Origin: Meiothermus sp.
GTDB taxonomy: Bacteria > Deinococcota > Deinococci > Deinococcales > Thermaceae
Length of the DNA: 64,000 bases
Assembly: GCA_033762915.1 (NCBI GenBank)
Contig: JANRLD010000071.1
Coordinates: 10,372-74,371, forward strand
Reading direction: 5' to 3'
Each line of letters opens with the position of its first letter. Positions within the stretch are counted from its first letter, which is position 1. The notes beneath the pieces are model-generated. The model made no database searches. It saw nothing but the letters and a program-made list of their open reading frames with translations, and had not been told where the DNA came from. Position numbers and translations under genes: made by a program. Of the stretch, positions 38,372 to 49,016 are shown one piece after another.

Positions 38372-39955
38372 ATGAAAACTACGCCCAGCAAATACGGCAA
38401 CGCCCTCGAGGTCGGCCACCGCATCGGCGGAGAAGAGTTCTGGGATGGCGCAGCAATGGAGCGTCGCAACCCCTCCGACTCTGCTGACCTGACCGCCAAA
38501 TTCCCCGAGGCCCCTAAAGAGACCGTCCGTAGGGCCGCCCAGGCTGCTCAGAAGGCGTTCCAGGTCTGGTCGCGCACGCCCGCCCCGGTGCGCGGAGGGG
38601 TGCTGGTCAACCTCGCAGAGATCATGACCGCCCAGAAAGACACCTTGGTGCGCCTGATGGTGCGTGAGGTGGGCAAGACCTTCAAAGAGGCCGGAGGTGA
38701 CGTACAGGAAGCTATCGACACCGCCATATTCTTCGCTTCCGAGGGGCGCAGGCTCTATGGACAGACCGTGCCCTCGGAGATGGCCAACAAGGAGCTGTTC
38801 ACCTTCCGACGCCCCATTGGGGTAGCGGGGATGATTACCGCCGGGAACTTCCCCATCGCGGTGCCCAGCTGGAAGATCATCCCGGCCATTCTGGCCGGCA
38901 ACACCGTGGTCTGGAAGCCCTCGGAGGACGCGCCCGCGTTGTCCTACGTGTTTGTGCGGATGCTCGAGGAGGCCGGCCTACCCCCCGGCGTGGTCAACTT
39001 GGTTTTCGGCGGCGGCAAGGACTCCACGGGTCAGTATCTGGTCGAAATGATGGACGAGGGGCTGCTTAACAAGTTCGCCTTTACCGGCAGCACGGCGGTG
39101 GGCAAGTGGATCGGCGGGGTCGCGGGGCGCAACTTGCTGCGGCCTACCCTCGAGCTGGGCGGAAAGAACCCCCTGGTCGTGCTGCGCGACGCCGACCTCG
39201 AGTTGGCCGTAGAGGGGGCCTGGTGGAGCGCCTTCGCCACCGGAGGGCAGCGCTGCACAAGCGCGGGCAACATCATCGTGGACGCACCGATCTACGAGGA
39301 GTTTAAGCGGCGCTTTCTCGAGAAGACTGCCGCGACCGTGGTGGGTAATCCCATCGAGGGCGGTGTGACCTACGGCCCGATGATGAACCAACGTTTGTTT
39401 GAGCGCTGGGACGAACACTACCAGTGGGGAAAGACCGACGGCGCGACCCTGCTGTCAGGCACTGGGCGCATCAACGGCTCGAATTTCGCCCACTTCAAGG
39501 GCAATGCCGAGGCCGGAACCTTCGCCTCTCCAACGGTCTGGGAGGCCACGCCGGGGATGCGACAGTTTGGTGAGGAGATATTCGGCCCAACCATCAATTT
39601 GGTCAAGGCCGACGGAGTCCACCAAGCCATCGAGACCGCTAATGCCCATTCCTACGGGCTCTCGAGTTCCGTCTATACCAACCGCCGCGACTGGGCCTAT
39701 TTGTTCAAGTCCGAGATCAAGGCCGGCATGACCTCGGTCAACAACTCTACCGTGGGGGCAGAGGCGCACCTGCCCTTCGGCGGCATTCGCGGCAGCGGCA
39801 ACGGGGCCAGGGAGAGTGGGGTATGGGTGATCGAGGAGTACTGCTACTGGCAGGCCGTGAACGAGGAGTACTCCGGCAAACTCCAACTGGCCCAGATGGA
39901 CACCGAGTACGCCGCGACGGCTGGCGTTACCGACTGGGGCAAGGTTCTGGGCTGA
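38372..39955 (+). CDS. Aldehyde dehydrogenase family protein
   Basis: NFP, WKPSE, FTGS, LELGGKN, GQRCT, EEIFGP and PFGG motifs. Confidence 0.93.
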   Translation: MKTTPSKYGNALEVGHRIGGEEFWDGAAMERRNPSDSADLTAKFPEAPKETVRRAAQAAQKAFQVWSRTPAPVRGGVLVNLAEIMTAQKDTLVRLMVREVGKTFKEAGGDVQEAIDTAIFFASEGRRLYGQTVPSEMANKELFTFRRPIGVAGMITAGNFPIAVPSWKIIPAILAGNTVVWKPSEDAPALSYVFVRMLEEAGLPPGVVNLVFGGGKDSTGQYLVEMMDEGLLNKFAFTGSTAVGKWIGGVAGRNLLRPTLELGGKNPLVVLRDADLELAVEGAWWSAFATGGQRCTSAGNIIVDAPIYEEFKRRFLEKTAATVVGNPIEGGVTYGPMMNQRLFERWDEHYQWGKTDGATLLSGTGRINGSNFAHFKGNAEAGTFASPTVWEATPGMRQFGEEIFGPTINLVKADGVHQAIETANAHSYGLSSSVYTNRRDWAYLFKSEIKAGMTSVNNSTVGAEAHLPFGGIRGSGNGARESGVWVIEEYCYWQAVNEEYSGKLQLAQMDTEYAATAGVTDWGKVLG

Positions 39956-40085
39956 CGCAGGTCGGGGGTGCCGGTCTCTGGAGAAACCGATCGTGGGGGT
40001 TTGGCTAAGGCCCACGCTGCTTTATCGACCGACCTTTGTCCAAACTTCACCCGCCTATCACCCTTAAGCCCGTACCATGAGGGGT

Positions 40086-40550
40086 ATGCGAATCTGGACT
40101 GGTTTTCTACTGGTGCTCGCCCTCGGTCTGCTGGCGGCCTGTGCGCCGCAGGTGCGGGCCGATCCCGGCGAGGTGGTCTACGACGTGCCGGTGAGTTCGC
40201 AACTCGGCAGCCTCCAGGCGGTGGCGGCGGGCAACCCGGTGGTGATTCGGCTGCAGCAGGAACTGGCGGTCTACTATCAGATCGAGGCCCGCGCCCCCTC
40301 CGGCTTCGGGCGCTGGGTGCAGCGCCAGGGCACCGGCTCGACCGTGATTTTTATTAGCGAGCGGCGCAACGAGCAGAATGCCGTGACCGCCACTATCGAG
40401 ATGCGCTGGACGCTGGGTGTTCGGGCCGACGGGCGCGGCTCGGTCAGGCTCGAGACCCTCACTACCGAGAAGATCGACCTTGGGGCCGTCGAAGGCCCGG
40501 CTTTTGGCCGATTGGATCGTAGCTTTAACCGGGTAGCCAGCGCCCGGTAA
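40086..40550 (+). CDS. Hypothetical lipoprotein
   Basis: LAAC lipobox; TACCAT -10 box 7 nt before ATG 40086. Confidence 0.75.
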   Translation: MRIWTGFLLVLALGLLAACAPQVRADPGEVVYDVPVSSQLGSLQAVAAGNPVVIRLQQELAVYYQIEARAPSGFGRWVQRQGTGSTVIFISERRNEQNAVTATIEMRWTLGVRADGRGSVRLETLTTEKIDLGAVEGPAFGRLDRSFNRVASAR

Positions 40551-40558
40551 GGCCCGTT

Positions 40559-40638
40559 CGCGTTTCCCACCATTACGGCGGCAGGAAATGTACTCCCTAC
40601 AGCATTAACTGCTGTAGGGAGTATTCCTGGGAACCCCT
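40559..40638. repeat. Palindromic REP/MITE-like intergenic repeat
   Basis: CGCGTTTCCCAC...AATGTACTCCCTACAGC-ATTAACT-GCTGTAGGGAGTA...GGGAACC. Confidence 0.85.
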
Positions 40639-40693
40639 CTGAGCGCGGAGCGCCAAGGGTTTTGGGAGAAGTTACCATCAGCCGAGCAGACCC

Positions 40694-41884
40694 TTACGTC
40701 CTTAACCTTAGACCTTCGGCCAATACCGCGAACTGCTCGGGAGAATCTGCCGAGGTATGGCGATCAAGAAAAGGCAAGGCGACCGCCATACAGTTCATGC
40801 GGGGGTCGTAGCCGGCCTTGGCGAGGAGGGGATTGAGCCAGACCAGTGCCGCGCTCTTTTGATAGAGCTGGCGAAGCGCGAACTCGAGCAGCTCCGGCTC
40901 GCCGGTGTCAAGACCGTCGGAGGCCACAATGAGGATGGTGTCGCCCCGAATCAGCCCGCCGTGGCGGCGCTCCAGGGCCAGTAGGTTCTCGCCGATCTTG
41001 GTTCCGCCGCCCCAGGCCTGGCCCAGCCGGGTGAGTTTGGGGCGCTGGGAGAGCGACTTGGCCTTTTCTAGCTCTCGTGTGATGCGCCTTAACTCGGTGG
41101 AAAAGCTAAAGACTTCGACCCTAGAACAGCGCGTCCTCAGGGCGTAGGCGAACTGCAGGAGCTTGTCTGAGTAGCTCCCCATCGAGCGGCTTCCGTCCAG
41201 AACAAAAACGAAGCGCGGCTGTCGCTTGGGGTGCTCGAGCCAGGCCGGGAAAATCGGGTCGCCCCCGGTGTGCAAGGCCTTGCGCAAGGTGCGACGGAAG
41301 TGAAAGCGTCGCCCCTTTGGCGTCGGCTCCCAACGGCGGCTGCGCCCCAGTCGGACCTGATTGACCAGGTGGGTCGCGGCCCTTAGCATCTCGTCCATGT
41401 CTTGAGTGGAGATTTCCACCTCGCCCGCCTCTGCGCCTGCTGTACGGCTGAACAGCGCCTTGAGAATGGCCCCGAAGGGGTTGGGGTCGTCCTCCTCGGC
41501 GGTTTTCCCCTTGCCCTGAGAGTCCGGGGCAGGCGCGGCGGCCTGGGTGTTGGTAGGCTTGTGCTTCTCGAGCCGCTCTCCCTCTGGCTCACCCCCCTCA
41601 ACCGCCGTCTTGTTCTGGTTGGTAACGTTTTTGCGCCGCCTGGCGGGCAGGAAAAACTGGAAGAACAGGTCGTCAAAGGCCCGCTCTTGCTCTAGACTGC
41701 TGCACAGCACCAGTTTTAGTGCCTGCCGTACCTGCTGCAGACTGCCAACGTCCACGCTCTCCAGCGCCCGCAGCCCGTCCAGGACCTCCTGCGGCCCCAG
41801 TACAAAGCGAACTTTTCGAGAGGAGCGCAGCAGGTTGCAGAAGGCGATCAGGTTTTGCTCGAGGTTTGCGTGGGGAAAGTCCAT
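40694..41884 (-). CDS. CoxE-like VWA domain protein
   Basis: RRTLRKALHTGG, DGSRSM MIDAS, WGGGTKIG, SDGLD and WLNPL motifs. Confidence 0.9.
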   Translation of the reverse strand: MDFPHANLEQNLIAFCNLLRSSRKVRFVLGPQEVLDGLRALESVDVGSLQQVRQALKLVLCSSLEQERAFDDLFFQFFLPARRRKNVTNQNKTAVEGGEPEGERLEKHKPTNTQAAAPAPDSQGKGKTAEEDDPNPFGAILKALFSRTAGAEAGEVEISTQDMDEMLRAATHLVNQVRLGRSRRWEPTPKGRRFHFRRTLRKALHTGGDPIFPAWLEHPKRQPRFVFVLDGSRSMGSYSDKLLQFAYALRTRCSRVEVFSFSTELRRITRELEKAKSLSQRPKLTRLGQAWGGGTKIGENLLALERRHGGLIRGDTILIVASDGLDTGEPELLEFALRQLYQKSAALVWLNPLLAKAGYDPRMNCMAVALPFLDRHTSADSPEQFAVLAEGLRLRT

Positions 41885-42139
41885 GAGGTCAGGGGAAGAC
41901 GCCTTATCCGATTAGGGAGCTGGTACGGCCCTATCCCCGTTAAGGTTAAAGGCGATAACGCATCAGGATGTTGACGCGAATTGCAATACACCCCCACCCC
42001 AAGAACTCGGATTGCGGGTCCCGTACTGGGCGCTCGCATTTAGCGGCAACGGCCGCACCTATGATGCCCAAAAGGGACAATCCTTTTGGACTGGCCTCAC
42101 AAAAAACGGCTGTCTTCAATCCTTTTTCGACCCTTGTCC

Positions 42140-43483
<1,344 letters not shown>

Positions 43484-43504
43484 AAGCGCTCTCCGAGCGC
43501 GGCC

Positions 43505-43562
43505 CAAGTCTCAAGCCTCAAGTCTCAGGTCTCTTGACATGCGACATGTGACCCTCGACCTG
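43505..43562. repeat. Two blocks of heptamer tandem repeats between accB and accC
   Basis: caagtct-caagcct-caagtct-caggtct, then tgacatg-cgacatg-tgaccct-cgacctg. Confidence 0.65.
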
Positions 43563-43568
43563 CCACCG

Positions 43569-44084
43569 CTATGCAGGCTCCACCAGGAACAGCACCTGCC
43601 CGTACTCGATGGGCTCGGCGTTCTTGACCATGATCTTCTTAATGGTTCCGGCCACTTCACTTTCGATCTCGTTCATCAGTTTCATGGCCTCGATGATGCA
43701 CAGCACCTGGCCCTTCTTCACCGCGTCGCCTTCCTTCACGAAGACCTCGGCCTCCGGCGAGGGGGCCGAGTAGAAGGTGCCCACTATGGGGGCCTTGACC
43801 TCGGCATACTTGGCGGAGTCCTCGGCCTTGGCTGCCGGTGTAGGGGCGGAATGTGCGACGGCGGGGGGCGGGGCGGCAGAGGCGGGCGCTACGGGGGCGG
43901 GGGCCGCCGCAGGGGCGGGGGCCGCGTGTACCACCGGCGCTGGGGGGGCGGTCATGTAGTGGACGGTCGGAGCGTCCGGCCCGCGCTTAACGCTAAGTTT
44001 GTAATCGGGGGTCTCGAGGCTCAACTCGTTCACCTCGTGTTCTTGCAGGGCTTGCAGGATGGCCTTGAGTTCCTTCGCGTTCAT
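43569..44084 (-). CDS. accB: Biotin carboxyl carrier protein
   Basis: Ala/Pro linker, [17 protein letters not shown] biotinylation motif. Confidence 0.97.
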   Translation of the reverse strand: MNAKELKAILQALQEHEVNELSLETPDYKLSVKRGPDAPTVHYMTAPPAPVVHAAPAPAAAPAPVAPASAAPPPAVAHSAPTPAAKAEDSAKYAEVKAPIVGTFYSAPSPEAEVFVKEGDAVKKGQVLCIIEAMKLMNEIESEVAGTIKKIMVKNAEPIEYGQVLFLVEPA

Positions 44085-44249
44085 TATTGCCTCCGCAGAG
44101 AAGATAAGCCGAAAAACCGGCGGCTCCCAGAGTATAAAGCCCCTGCGAAGTTTTTTGGCCCGGTACAAAGAAACAGACCATAACGCGGGAGCGTTGCCCA
44201 CAAGTGAGGGGTTTATGGGTAAACTGCTGAGCGAAGACAGGGGGGCAGG

Positions 44250-44564
44250 GTGTTCAATGCGATCTTTCCACTCATCGAGCTGTATCTTCCGCTGGTGGTG
44301 ATGTTCGTCGCCATCTACAGCCTGCTCTCCACCAATTTCACCACCAGCCCCCGGTTGGCCAGTAGCTACGCTTGGTTGGGCCTGTTTACCTTCATCATCC
44401 GCGTCCCGATGCTCCTCATCACCCCCTTCGAGAACGAGTTCGGGCGTGTATTGATCGTGATTCTGGGCCTCCTCAGCGGCTACTTCTTCTACTGCGCTTG
44501 GCGGATCGGGCAGGCCTCCCAGCCGGTTAAACCGGCCACACGCAAGGGGAAATCCAAGAAATAA
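44250..44564 (+). CDS. Small hypothetical membrane protein
   Basis: Three hydrophobic segments, basic tail, terminator directly downstream. Confidence 0.65.
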   Translation: MFNAIFPLIELYLPLVVMFVAIYSLLSTNFTTSPRLASSYAWLGLFTFIIRVPMLLITPFENEFGRVLIVILGLLSGYFFYCAWRIGQASQPVKPATRKGKSKK

Positions 44565-44590
44565 CAATCTCCAACTAAAAACAGCAAATG

Positions 44591-44619
44591 AAAAACCCGC
44601 CTCTAAAAGGCGGGTTTTT
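44591..44619. terminator. Bidirectional intrinsic terminator
   Basis: AAAAACCCGCCT-CTAAA-AGGCGGGTTTTT between convergent genes. Confidence 0.85.
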
Positions 44620-44753
44620 GAGTTTCTCGGTGGGAGAGTGAGGTGCTCCAGTGCGAATCCGAGGGTTGAGTCTATGGATTAGTGATGGCGTGCCCTAGAA
44701 AAGCCTCGAGAAGTCGTCGACCTTATTCGGGCGGGTGTGAAGAAGAACCCGGC

Positions 44754-45092
44754 TTATGCGCTTACCGGAGCTACGTCGTGCTTGTTCAAGGTGGCGACAA
44801 ACTTTGCCTTGGGGGCGGCCCCAACCATCACATCGACCGGCTGCCCATCTTTAAAGAGGATAATGGTGGGAATGCTCATCACCCGGAACTTCATGGCGGT
44901 CTGGGGGTTGGCATCCACGTCGAGTTTAGCGACGGTGACTTTGCCGTCATACTCCCCCGCGAGGTCCTCCATCACTGGGGCGACCATACGGCAGGGACCG
45001 CACCACTCGGCCCAGAAGTCCACTAGCACGTACTGGTTCTCTTTCACGGTCTGGTCAAAGTTCGCGTCGGTCACTTCGATGGGGTGTGCCAT
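44754..45092 (-). CDS. trxA: Thioredoxin
   Basis: [11 protein letters not shown] and SIPT motifs. Confidence 0.96.
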   Translation of the reverse strand: MAHPIEVTDANFDQTVKENQYVLVDFWAEWCGPCRMVAPVMEDLAGEYDGKVTVAKLDVDANPQTAMKFRVMSIPTIILFKDGQPVDVMVGAAPKAKFVATLNKHDVAPVSA

Positions 45093-45312
45093 ATCCTTAC
45101 CTCGAGCCATACAATAGCACCCCTGTCGGGTTTCAGGGCAAGCCAGTACACTTTTTATAGCAGGGAGCCAAAGCACTTTCATAAGACCTACACCCCAATC
45201 CGCCCACCAACACCTCGGGATAAACCGGCCAGTTGGTTCATACTCAGGCTATCGACTCCGGTGCGTCCCACTCCCCAAAGTTTCGTCGCCCTGGTTTCTG
45301 CGCCTTTGCCCT

Positions 45313-45660
45313 ATGCTCCTGAAAACCCCCCAATTCCAAGAAGCCCTCGAGCTGTGGCACCGGGGCCTGTTTTGGGAGGTTCATGAGGCCCTCGAGCCGC
45401 TCTGGATGCGCTTGACCGGGCCAGAGCGCGAACTAACCCACGGAGTGATTTTGTTGGCCGCGGCACTACACAAAGCCAAGAGTTCACCCACCGGCGGCTG
45501 GCGCAACTATGCCAAGGCTCTGCGCCATTTCGAGGGGCTTCCCGGAGTGCTGGAAGGCATTGAGGTAGGGGAGCTGGCTGAAGAGGTTCGACTGGCTCTC
45601 GAAAATCCTGGCCACACCCCCAGGTTCCCGTGTTCGGAGGACCACTTGTCCCCGGATTGA
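45313..45660 (+). CDS. DUF309 family protein
   Basis: FWEVHEALEPLW...GVILLAAALHK motif. Confidence 0.8.
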   Translation: MLLKTPQFQEALELWHRGLFWEVHEALEPLWMRLTGPERELTHGVILLAAALHKAKSSPTGGWRNYAKALRHFEGLPGVLEGIEVGELAEEVRLALENPGHTPRFPCSEDHLSPD

Positions 45661-45700
45661 ACCGCTTCGTACGCAACCCTGAACCCCACCACTCACCTGT

Positions 45701-46132
45701 TCAAGTCTTCTTCGGGCGCACGAGAAACAGGGCTGCTGAGATGAGGATAAAGGCGAGGGCGGCCTGAAGCGGGATGGGAAAGGAAGGAATGTACTCGACG
45801 TTGCAGGGGATAGGGCCGCGGCAGACCGAGGGGGCCACACCCGGGACCCACAGCTCGAGCAGGTGCCAAGCGCTAAAAAACAGACCGCCGAGTGAAAGTG
45901 GCAGCGCGTAGATCTTGATACCAGAGTCGCCGCGCCAGGTGGCGATGCCCAAGATGACGGCGAGGCCGTACATGGCAATTCGCTGATACCAACACATGGT
46001 ACAGGGAATGAACATCCGCACCTCGGAATAGTAGAGGCTGCCCAGCATGGCAGTCAGGGCTACCAACCAAGCGAAGGCCAGCAGCAGCGCGTTGCGGTCG
46101 AGGGAGGGGCTCGAGGTTTGCGAGGTTTGCAC
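45701..46132 (-). CDS. dsbB: Disulfide bond formation protein (DsbB/BdbC family)
   Basis: GSLYYSE, PCTMCWYQRI, second Cys pair; GTG start 6 nt after TACAAT. Confidence 0.85.
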   Translation of the reverse strand: MQTSQTSSPSLDRNALLLAFAWLVALTAMLGSLYYSEVRMFIPCTMCWYQRIAMYGLAVILGIATWRGDSGIKIYALPLSLGGLFFSAWHLLELWVPGVAPSVCRGPIPCNVEYIPSFPIPLQAALAFILISAALFLVRPKKT

Positions 46133-46248
46133 TCGAGTATTGTAGCGCAGGCCAAGGTGTCGAGTGTCCTGGGTCAAGGTGTTCGGCGAGAGAGCTTGGG
46201 CGGAGCAAAGCCTAGCCTGTTCGGGACAACCGCCGGCGGTTGTATGAC

Positions 46249-46881
46249 CTATGTTCTCTCATAGCGCACATACCGCTGGACGACTTCGCCCGGGAACTCT
46301 GCTTCTGTACCGGCCAGACGGACAAACGGTTTGGGATAGATACGTCCGATCAGGCCCGCCCCCACGCCGTTGCCGAGCCGCGAGGGAGTTACCCCCATCA
46401 AAATGGCAGCAGCCTTGGTTGCTAACACCGCCCCGACGCTATCAGCATACAGATAGGCAATAAAAGCGCTGTGATCGGGGTACTGGAGAAACTTCCCGAC
46501 CGGGCTCGAGAGGGGCATCCGCCACTCGGGCATTCCGTAGGCCTCAGTCAAAATCTTTGCAATCGTCCACCCCTCCGACCACGGCACATGTTCGGTCCAT
46601 TGTGCACGGACGCTGGGCACCGAGGTACATAGTTCGAAGACCGTCGATGGTTGAAGCCCGAAGCTCGTAGGTTGGGTGGCGTTTTCGGGCAGGGTGTACG
46701 AAATCGGAACGCCCGCTTGGGCGAAGCGGGCCGCTAGCTGCTCGTGCGCCTCCTCCCGAAAATCGAAGGCCGTGTTGGCAAGCAACAAGGGGAAATTGGG
46801 CTGGATGAGAAATGGCACGCCCCCGACCTCGCCGGAATGCTGGCTCGAGGCCAGCGGAAGGTATAAGTCGAAGAGATTCAT
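46249..46881 (-). CDS. Hypothetical protein, possibly degenerate GNAT fold
   Basis: Long ORF downstream of ftsY; MGVTPSRLGNGVG resembles the acetyl-CoA motif. Confidence 0.6.
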   Translation of the reverse strand: MNLFDLYLPLASSQHSGEVGGVPFLIQPNFPLLLANTAFDFREEAHEQLAARFAQAGVPISYTLPENATQPTSFGLQPSTVFELCTSVPSVRAQWTEHVPWSEGWTIAKILTEAYGMPEWRMPLSSPVGKFLQYPDHSAFIAYLYADSVGAVLATKAAAILMGVTPSRLGNGVGAGLIGRIYPKPFVRLAGTEAEFPGEVVQRYVRYERT

Positions 46882-46970
46882 GTATCTGTTGGGTCTGTGC
46901 CTTAAGCCAGCCCATACGTTGTTCAATTGCGTTCGGCCACACCTTCCCCTGTTTACCTGTCTCTTTGCAC

Positions 46971-47888
46971 TCAACCCAGCAGCGCCTCGACAAACTCGCC
47001 AGCATCGAAAGGCTGCAAGTCGTCGGCCTTTTCGCCCACCCCAATGAACTTAATCGGGACGTTCAGCTCGCGTACGATGGGCACCAGAATACCGCCCTTG
47101 GCGGTGCCGTCCAGCTTGGTCACAATCACCCCCGTGAGGCCGGCGGTCTCGTTGAACTTTTTGGCCTGCTCGAGGCCGTTCTGCCCCGTCACTGCGTCCA
47201 GTACCAGCCAGACTTCGGCCGGCTCGCCAGGGTCAGCTTTGGTGATGGATCGCTTGACCTTGTTCAGCTCCTCCATCAAGTTGTGCTTGGTATGGAGGCG
47301 ACCTGCCGTATCCACCATGAGCAGGTCGGTGTTGCGGGCTTTACGGCTACTGGCCGCATCGAAGGCCAGCGCCGCAGGGTCGGAGCCCTCCGGCCCCTGG
47401 ATGACCGGGATGCCCAGCCGCTCGCCCCACAGCCCTAGTTGTGCCCCGCCAGCCGCCCGGAAGGTGTCCCCCGCGCAAAACATCACGCTCTTGCCCTTGG
47501 AGTGGTAGTACTGACCCAGCTTGGCGATGGTGGTGGTCTTGCCCACCCCGTTGACCCCCACCATCAGCACCACCTTACCGGCGGGCTCGATGGTGGACTT
47601 CTTGGCATCGGGCTTAAAGCCCAGCTTGCGCAGCTTGGCCCGGCGGTCGTCGGGCTCGAGCTGAAGCATCAGGGCAGTTTTGAGCGCCTCCCGGAGGTCT
47701 TTCTTGCCCGACTGGCGGACTTCTTCCAGTACCTCCTCGGCGGCTTCGATGCCCACGTCGGCGGAAATCAGGGCGAACTCGAGCTCCTCGAGCACCTCTT
47801 CGGGGCTCTTGGCGTTCCAGGGCACCGCCTGGACGATATTGTCACGGGTTTTTGAAAGCCCCTCTTTGAGGCGTTGGAACCAACTCAT
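46971..47888 (-). CDS. ftsY: Signal recognition particle receptor
   Basis: GVNGVGKTTT, DTFRAA, DTAGRL, TKLDGTAKGG and GVGE motifs. Confidence 0.97.
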   Translation of the reverse strand: MSWFQRLKEGLSKTRDNIVQAVPWNAKSPEEVLEELEFALISADVGIEAAEEVLEEVRQSGKKDLREALKTALMLQLEPDDRRAKLRKLGFKPDAKKSTIEPAGKVVLMVGVNGVGKTTTIAKLGQYYHSKGKSVMFCAGDTFRAAGGAQLGLWGERLGIPVIQGPEGSDPAALAFDAASSRKARNTDLLMVDTAGRLHTKHNLMEELNKVKRSITKADPGEPAEVWLVLDAVTGQNGLEQAKKFNETAGLTGVIVTKLDGTAKGGILVPIVRELNVPIKFIGVGEKADDLQPFDAGEFVEALLG

Positions 47889-48040
47889 GAGGACAGTTTA
47901 CCGCCCTTAGTTGGGGGCTGGACGTTGAATGTCACATAGGGGCGAAGACACGGGTAAAGAGAAGTGCTCGAAAAGCGAAGCAGGGTCGTGAAGGCTGGCG
48001 AAGCAGTTCCTGGCGCCGTCGGGCGGGGAACTGCGCACAG

Positions 48041-48958
48041 TTAGTGCTGGTGAGCGGGGCTCGAGCTGTGGCCCCAGTGGGCTATGGCGACCTCGAGCAG
48101 GTTACCCGGGGTAGGGTTTCCGTATTGGTCGGCTGTGAGTTTGCTGAGCTGAGGCCGTAGCTCAGAGACGGGGCGCTCCTTTAGGTTGCGGCGCAGGAAG
48201 TCTACCAGTTGCTGCCAGGCCTCGCCTTGCGGCCCGCCCGCCTTGATCTCGGTCACGCTCTGCACAAAGGCGTGGCCCTGTCCATCGTAGACCTTGACCT
48301 CGTGGGGGATTCCGGCTGCTTTCAGGCCGGCCTCGAAGGCCCGAACCTCCTCGAGGGGAATCAGGTTATCCGCGCCGCCGAAAACCCCAAGCACCGGTCC
48401 GGACAGTCGCCGGAGCGTTTCTGGTTCTACGACCAGTTGGCCGTAAAAAATGCCGACGGCGGCGAGGCGGTTGTTGGTTAGGGCATAGTTGAGGGCTGCG
48501 GTGCCGCCGAAGCAGAAGCCCATTACCGCGATGCGGGCCTTGTCCACCTGCGGCTGCTGGACCAACCACTCGAAAACCGCATTGAGGTCCTGGTTAACCC
48601 GCTCTGGGGGGGTTGTGGCTGAGAGGTAGATGGCCCTGGGGAGCCAGTCGGTGCGCTGGTTGCGGTAGGTGTCGGGGGCAATCACCAGGTAGCCCTGCTC
48701 GGCGAGCAGCTTGGCCTTGTCTACAATCTCCTGGCGCAATCCCCAGAATTCGTGGATCATCACAACTGCAGGAAACGGCCCCTCGCCCGGGGGGCGGGCG
48801 ACATAGGCCTGCACCTCGGGGCTGACACGGGTGTTGGTCACGGTCTCGAGCCGGTTGCCGTCGGTGGCCGCATCAACTACTACCGAGAGAACCAGCGCCA
48901 CTGCCGCCAACGCCGCGATTCCAAAGGCCCAGACCAGGATTTTCAGTGCCAATTGCAT
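48041..48958 (-). CDS. Dienelactone hydrolase family protein with N-terminal membrane anchor
   Basis: IHEFWGL, GFCFGG nucleophile, GHAF. Confidence 0.88.
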   Translation of the reverse strand: MQLALKILVWAFGIAALAAVALVLSVVVDAATDGNRLETVTNTRVSPEVQAYVARPPGEGPFPAVVMIHEFWGLRQEIVDKAKLLAEQGYLVIAPDTYRNQRTDWLPRAIYLSATTPPERVNQDLNAVFEWLVQQPQVDKARIAVMGFCFGGTAALNYALTNNRLAAVGIFYGQLVVEPETLRRLSGPVLGVFGGADNLIPLEEVRAFEAGLKAAGIPHEVKVYDGQGHAFVQSVTEIKAGGPQGEAWQQLVDFLRRNLKERPVSELRPQLSKLTADQYGNPTPGNLLEVAIAHWGHSSSPAHQH

Positions 48959-49016
48959 GGGGCAACTATGTCAGTGTTTGGTCAAACGCACTGTAATCGT
49001 GCATAATCTGTGGGCT

